Shown here: in pieces, positions 19,483-25,487 of the stretch | How the letters are laid out: the number at the start of each line of letters is the position of its first letter | Numbering within the stretch: position 1 is the stretch's first letter | From: Octopus sinensis | Lineage: Eukaryota | Direction of reading: 5' to 3' | Assembly (NCBI RefSeq): GCF_006345805.1 | Contig: NW_021836045.1 | Location: forward strand, 1-25,487 | Length of the DNA stretch: 25,487 nt | The notes under the pieces: model-generated | Told to the model about the DNA's origin: nothing | Database searches by the model: none | The model's input: only the letters and a program-made list of their open reading frames with translations | Program-made: the position numbers and the translations under genes

Positions 19483-20210
19483 ATTTATCTCTGAGATCAA
19501 TGTAAAGGACTTGTCCCTTTCCCAAAATTTCAGGTTTGTTCCTATGGAAGAAATTATTATTTTTATAATTAAAAATGAAACAGATGGATTAAACAGCAGA
19601 TAATGACGAGATCCGCTTAAATTGCCAAATTCTTAAAATACCTAAGTGAAGAAATCAAAATAGTGTTATTTTAACAAATTATGAGGAATTTATTTTTGAT
19701 AGAATGTCATCAGTAAAATTTACCCTATCATGAACACAATAAACCTTATTACAAAATTATGGAAGGTTAATTGAAGTTTCGGCTGATTGATGTATCCCCG
19801 TTCACCTGAAAACTTACGTAATTTTTAAGTAAATTATTAAAATTTAACGTCTCAAGAAATGGAATAGAATAAAGAGTAATTATTTGATACATGCAATCAT
19901 AACAAATACTCTGTTGCAACACATTGCTCTTCCAGGTGATTATTTCCAGTTAATTGGCTTGCATCATTGCATTAATCACCTTAAACTTTCAGTTTTAATC
20001 AAATATTCTAATACTAAAGTGGATCAATTCATTCGATCATATCTATTTCTCAAAACATTTGGAATGTTTTGACAAAATGAGAAATCCTAATGTAAAATAA
20101 AGAGAAAAGTTTCAATAATGGAATTCCTAAATCTCGTATAACTCAAGATGTTGAATAGTAAAGTTGAAGTTCTGTTTAATAAGTTAGATATTTTCATCGT
20201 TCATAACTTG

Positions 20211-20345
20211 AGCGAGGTTTGGCACAAATCATTTGACCGTCTAGCAGAATACATTGCGTTCTGACACACGGCAATCTGACTTCAAGTCCCGCTAAGGTCA
20301 ACCTTGCGTCATTCATTTCCGAGATCAATAAAAACTTATAACAGT
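20211..20345 (+). mobile_element. Very degenerate SINE
   Basis: ttcaagtcccgctaaggtcaaccttgcgtcattcatttccgagatcaataaaa resembles the B-box plus core. Confidence 0.45.
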
Positions 20346-21237
20346 TCAATGAACAAATGCAACTATGACGACGTCGAATATGACACCTTGCAGTATATTG
20401 TCTAGTTGTTTGTGATCTGAGTTAAAATCCCACACTTTTTATTTTACCGATTTTGAAAAAAGGATCAGACACGTTTTATAACTCCTGCAAGATCTCCAAT
20501 ACTTGTGATGCAGATATCATTAATATTCCGTTTGAGCTGCTGCAGGTCAACCTTTACAGGAATAATGAATAGGGATGCTACTTAGGGGATGAAGGATTTA
20601 GCATAGGTAGTTAATAATGGGAACAAACTGAGGTTTAATACAACAAGAAAAAGAAGCAAAGGACTAAAAAAAGACGAAAAAACTAAGGCAATGTATGTAA
20701 TCACATCCCTTTTTTAAATAACACCCTAAGCCAGTTAAATCACCATGTAAGGTTGTTCTCCTTTGTAGCACATGACTCAAAATTATATCAGGGTTTCCCC
20801 ACTCTGCCTTCACCAATTCTATTAATAAATCCCTTTCTATTTCTGTTATGTTTTCCTTCCTAGTCTATTATTTCAGTCTTGACGTTTTGGGGGTTTATTT
20901 TTGTGAAGAACCTTTATGCATCAATTATGCAAAGGAAAGGAGTTTACTTTTGCAAAGATAAATTACTTTTGACAGCAAAGTGTAATAACAAATAGAATGC
21001 TCATTGGACAGAAACAAGATATTTATAAATAAAGCTGACTTCTGAGATGATAAAAATATCTTCCACTGAAAACTGATGTTGCAACGAATGCTTTGTAAAT
21101 CTAATTCAAATCACAAATATTTTGAACATCCATTCTTTTCTCATATTTTACATGCATGTGTGTTTTTCATTCATACATTACGTGGTGACTTAAATCCGTT
21201 TTATATCTTATATAATAAACTACCCGTAAATCGAACA

Positions 21238-21996
21238 GAACCTTCGTGAAGAAGAAAAGAAAGCCTTACAAACTGAAGAATGACAATTCAATCATCCTAA
21301 AAGAAACCGATTAGGGAAGGGTGATAGCAGTCACGGACCAAGACTACTATAAAAATAAAATATTGGAAACAGACCAATCCTGCTACAAGGAAGAACCAAG
21401 ACACCCGGAAAAAGTAATAATGAATACACTCAAAAGTCTGATAAATGAATACCAACGTTCGTTCACAGATAAAGAGAAAGATTATTTATGCAGCTCTGTA
21501 ATGAAAGAGAGTAATTTCTATGGATCACCCAAGATCTGCGAATGCTCCAAAATGCAAGGATCAGCATATAAAAATACTAAGACCTACTGACATCAAATTG
21601 AGATCAACAGTTGCTGGACCTTGAGCCCCAACACAACAACTGAGCCATCTTTTGGATATACTCCTCAAACCGTTATGCCCATTAATGGCCAGCTATACCC
21701 GAGACGATATGGATCTCCTCAAGCACATTCCACAAGCACATTCCACCCACTGTCCCAGACGTACTATAGTGACAAGCTTTGATTAATTTTTACACTAATA
21801 CACATCACACTTTGGGCCTGGAAGCAATCAAACACTGGGTAGAAAAACATAGCGGACGGATGGACGAACGCTTCAAAACGCATTTCCAAAGACACACGCC
21901 GGGAACTAGAAGACAACACCTTTAGATTCGATAATAAACTATATCGACAGATAAAAAGGACATCACTACGGGGACGAGGTTCGCACACATACTCGC
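21238..21996 (+). mobile_element. Penelope-like element reverse transcriptase fragment (pseudogenised) in the LRR intron
   Basis: NLREEEKKAL..KNDNSIILKETD*GRVIAVTDQDYY, NFYGSPKI, KLRSTVAGP*APTQQLSHLLDILLKP, SYTRDDMDLL, LEDNTFRFDNKLYRQIK..GTRFAH: successive PLE RT motifs with stops and frameshifts. Confidence 0.88.
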
Positions 21997-22180
21997 ACCC
22001 AGAGGTAGATATACATATGTGTATATTTCTGAGTGTATATGTGTGTATGTGCTTATATGTGCATACATGTGCGTGTATGTGTGTGGATGTGTGTGTTGGT
22101 ACATAGAGAGGCGAAGCGGATACTCGAGGTTGTGCAAGTCAAGTAAGAAATAAACATGAAACTGCTGCCACATTAAGACA

Positions 22181-22616
22181 TTCTTCTCCTCCTTCTTCTT
22201 CTTCTTCTTCTTCTTCTTCTTCTCTTCTCCGTCTTCTTCTTCGTCTTCTTCTTCTTCGTCTTCTTCTTCTTCTTCTTCTTCGACTTCTTCTTCTTCTTCT
22301 TCTTCTTGGTCTTCTTCTTCTTCTTCTTCTTATTATTATTATTCGTCTTCTTCTTCTTCTTCTTCTTCTTCGTCTCTCTTCTTCTTCTTCGACTTCTCTT
22401 CTTCTTATTCTTCTTCCTCCTCTTGGTCTTTCTTATTTCTATTATTATTCTTCTTATATTATTTCTTCGCTTTCTTTTTCTTCTCGTTCTTCTTCTTTTT
22501 TTTCTTCTTCTTCTTGAATCTTCATCTTCTACGCCTTTTATTTCTTCTTCTGTTTCTTCTTCTCTCTTCTTCTTCTTCTTTTCTCTCTTGTTTTTATCTT
22601 CTTCTGTTTCTTCTTC

Positions 22617-22650
<34 letters not shown>

Positions 22651-22835
22651 GTTCTTTATCTTCTTCTTCTTCTCCTTCTCCTTTCTTCTTCTTCTACTTC
22701 TTCTTCTGTCTTTCAATCCTTTTTCGGTTTTCATCTTGAACACCTTCATTTTCCATGTCTACTTTTTCTTGTTCTTGTTCTTCTTGTTCTTGTTCTTGTT
22801 CTTCTTCTTCGTTATATTTCTTCTTTTTCTTCCTT
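22181..22835. repeat. Long compound (CTT)n polypyrimidine tract
   Basis: Direct reading; ends ~80 nt upstream of the LRR exon acceptor. Confidence 0.95.
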
Positions 22836-22916
22836 TCATTCTGAAGTCACAGTGTTTGATGTCGTATCACAAATATTTTCCATATAATCTATTTTACTCT
22901 TTCTTTACTGCTATAG

Positions 22917-22988
22917 ACGTCTTGGCAACAACAACATTGCAACCATCAAAGAAGGAGCATTCACGGGGCTTTCGAATTTAAAGACATT
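22917..22988 (+). CDS. 72-nt LRR exon (24-aa typical LRR), phase 2-2
   Basis: TAG acceptor ends 22916; (L)RLGNNNIATIKEGAFTGLSNLKTL; donor TT|GTAAGT at 22989. Joins 18888 in frame: ...NVEYLRLGNNNI... Confidence 0.92.
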
Positions 22989-23532
22989 GTAAGTTCGTTT
23001 AGTTTCTTGATACTATTTTCCGAAAGTAATAATTGATGCTGATATATAAGCTCACAAATGTATAAAATTTCAGACTCCACCAAACAAAATCAATTCGAAT
23101 TTGTAGAATGAACACGATTTAGGAAGATACAAAGAGAATATGAGAGAGCGAGACAATGTGAAAGAAAGAGAGAGAATTTGGGGAGAAAGTGAAATAATGG
23201 GGAAAATATAATGTTCCTTTATTGTAGTTGCGTTGTTTCAATTCGCATCTCAACAAATCATTTTTGTTTCCCAAATTTCAAAGGTTTTGATATGAATTTG
23301 TATTAGAAATGGTAACGTTTGTGAGTTCACATGTTTGCATCAAATATTTTTAGCTGAAGTATATGTGTATGTTCATATATAAGTGTAGTTCTGTGTGAGA
23401 TGTGACTATATTATTCCTTTATTTTATATTTTGCATCTTCCTCCATTTCTTATTTCAATATTCTCCTTCGTGTTTCGATATTAACATTCAACTTCGAATT
23501 TTGTCATTCACTTCACGTTATTTATGTAATAG

Positions 23533-23619
23533 AGCAACTGAAGTGGAAGCGGAAAATATATATTCGAATAATATCGTCACATCCATTCTATCTGTAAACC
23601 TGAAATACTTACTGTACTT
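23533..23619 (+). CDS. Candidate 87-nt irregular LRR-like exon, phase 2-2
   Basis: TAG acceptor ends 23532; (L)ATEVEAENIYSNNIVTSILSVNLKYLLYL is open; TT|GTAAGC donor at 23620. Contains IxxNxI and a terminal LxxLxxL. Confidence 0.4.
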
Positions 23620-23986
23620 GTAAGCTGGAATATTTGGCCTGATACAATTAAACTGCTGATATATTTCTTGTAAGCGTGTGTTTTCTAAAATTCTTGTGAC
23701 AATGAAGCGATATGAAATAAATAATCACTCTCACCATATTTCCACACAGGTGAGTGAGAATATGTGTGATTGTGAGTGTGTGTATCACCTTACGTCGTTG
23801 ATATTATCAATATAAGTATGTGTATGAGTGCATTTGGATATGTTGATTTCTGAAACCGTATATTCCCTGACCTTTTAGCCAAGTTCTCTCCTTCAAACGT
23901 TTGTTCCCTGTCCCTGAAATATCTCCTGTTTTTTCTTTGACTACATTTTCTCTTTCACCTTCTTGAACACCATGATTTTCAATGTG

Positions 23987-24545
23987 TCTTCTTCTTCTTC
24001 TTTTTCTTCTCCTTCTTCTCCTTCTTCTTCTTCTTCTTCTTCTTCTTCTCCTCCTCCTTCTTCTTCTTCTACTTCCTTTTTCTCTTCTTCTTCTTCTTCT
24101 CCTTCAACTTTTCTTCTTCTTCTTCTTCTTCTTCTTCTTCTTCTTCTTCTTCTTCTCTTATTTCATAAACTTACTCCCGTACTTTCTGCTTCGTCAGTTT
24201 TCTCCTTTTTCTTTCTCTTCTACTCTTTTCTGCTATTCTCATTCTCCTCCTTCCCATTCTGCACCTCTTCTCTTCTCTCCTCCCTTCTCTTCCTCCAATC
24301 TCCTTTTTCTCCTCCTCCACGCCTTCTCCACTTCCCCCGCTCCCTACATATCACCTTTCCCACCTCCTCATCCCCTCATCCCCCTTCTACCCCTCCTCCT
24401 TCTTCATTTTTCTTCTCATTCTCCTCCCCTTCTCGTCCTCCCCTACTCACTTCCTCCCATCCCCGTACGTCTACTTCTTTTCTTCTTCTTCTACTTCTTG
24501 TTCTTCTTGTTCTTCTTCTTCATTATCCCTATTCTTTCTCTCTCT
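23987..24545. repeat. Second long (CTT)n/(CCT)n polypyrimidine tract
   Basis: Direct reading. Confidence 0.95.
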
Positions 24546-24625
24546 TTCATTCTAAAGTCACAGTGTTTGATGTCGTATCACAAATATTTTCCATATAATC
24601 TATTTACTTTTCTTTACTGCTATAG

Positions 24626-24695
24626 ACGTCTTGGCAACAACAACATCGCAACCATCAAAGAAGGAGCATTCACGGGGCTTTCGAATTAAAGACAT
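24626..24695 (+). pseudogene. Second copy of the LRR exon, frameshifted as read (70 nt, TAA at 24687-24689, donor GTAGT)
   Basis: Matches 22917-22988 except ATT>ATC and two 1-nt deletions in the exon plus one in the donor. May be a pseudoexon or a consensus error. Confidence 0.75.
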
Positions 24696-25238
24696 GTAGT
24701 TCGTTTAGTTTCTGATACTATTTTCCGAAAGTAATAATTGATGCTGATATATAAGCTCACAAATGTATAAAATTTCAGACTGCACGAACAAAATCAATTC
24801 AAATTTGTAGGAATGAACACGATTTAGGAAGATACAAAGAGAATATGAGAGGGCGAGACAATGTTGAAAGAAAGAGAGAGAATTTGGGGGAAAGTGTGAA
24901 ATAATGGGAAAATATAATGTTCCTTTATTGTAGTTGCTTTGTTTCAATTCGCATCTCATATAACTCATTTTTGTTCTACAAATTTCAATGATTTTAATAT
25001 GAATTTGTATTAGAAATGGTAACGTTTGTGAGTTTACATGTTTGCATCAAATATTTTTAGCTGAAGTATATGTGTATGTTCATATATAAGTTGTAGTTCT
25101 GTGTGATAGGTGAATATATATTCCTTTATTTTATATTTTACATCCTCCTCCATTTCTTATTCAATATTCTCCTTCGTGTTTCGATATTATCACACAATTT
25201 CGAATTTTATCATTCACTTCACGTTATTTATGTAATAG

Positions 25239-25330
25239 AGCAACTGAAGTGGAAGCGGAAAATATATATTCGAATTTTTTAAAAAATCTAGTACACATCT
25301 ATCTGTAAACCTGAAATACTTACTGTACTT
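25239..25330 (+). pseudogene. Second copy of the 87-nt candidate exon (92 nt, out of frame as read)
   Basis: Same acceptor and donor context as 23533-23619, but a different central segment. Confidence 0.35.
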
Positions 25331-25487
25331 GTAAGCTGAATATTTGACCTGATACAATTAAACTGCTGATATATTTCTTGTGAGCGTGTTGTTTTTCTAA
25401 TATTTTGTGACAATGAAAGCGCTAATGAAAATAAATAATCTCTCTCACCATATTTCCACACAGGTGAGTGAGAATATGTGTGATTGT

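Larger units (their letters stand above)
22835..25487 (+). repeat. Tandem duplication of an exon-bearing unit, period ~1709 bp (22835-~23770 matches 24545-25487)
   Basis: Colinear near-identity of intron and exon sequence, mostly differing by 1-nt indels. The units are separated by (CTT)n tracts. Confidence 0.95.

Noticed and set aside
20430-20790. Possible CR1/L2 RT remnants (ILPILKKGS...; VRLFSFVAHDSKLY)
   Set aside because: Only two short, degenerate motif resemblances; too weak to annotate without a profile search.
22306-24689. 150-235 aa Leu/Phe/Ser-rich 'membrane protein' ORFs
   Set aside because: Translations of (CTT)n tracts; only the terminal RRLGNNNIATIKEGAF part is a real exon.
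1-25487. CRISPR arrays, tRNA/rRNA genes, prokaryotic operons
   Set aside because: No regularly spaced repeat-spacer array. The tRNA-like A/B boxes belong to SINE heads, and the sequence is intron-containing eukaryotic DNA.

Overview
AT-rich, microsatellite-dense eukaryotic genomic DNA. The SINE and Penelope-like repeat families point to an octopod cephalopod (inference from recalled repeat consensuses). The only host gene supported is on the + strand: a secreted or membrane leucine-rich-repeat (LRR) protein. It has a signal peptide + LRRNT exon (18698-18888) spliced in frame to a canonical 72-nt LRR exon (22917-22988). That LRR exon lies in a ~1.7-kb unit that is tandemly duplicated (second copy from ~24.5 kb, frameshifted as read) and bounded by long (CTT)n tracts. 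Upstream are candidate 5' exons (19 nt, an ATG exon, and a 9-nt microexon) that join the LRRNT exon in frame; an orphan paralogous copy of that 5' module sits ~9.2 kb upstream. The rest is retroelement-rich: four Tx1/L1-clade LINE fragments (one with an intact 3' ORF embedded in a (TCTA)n array), Penelope-like element (PLE) pieces (RT, GIY-YIG, terminal repeats), tRNA-derived SINEs, MITEs and a ~2-kb segmental duplication. The most striking structure is a ~1.2-kb, >99% identical inverted repeat (12536-13745) whose two arms each carry a complete type I hammerhead ribozyme motif on opposite strands. No prokaryotic features or CRISPR arrays. All alignments, translations and folds were done by eye.
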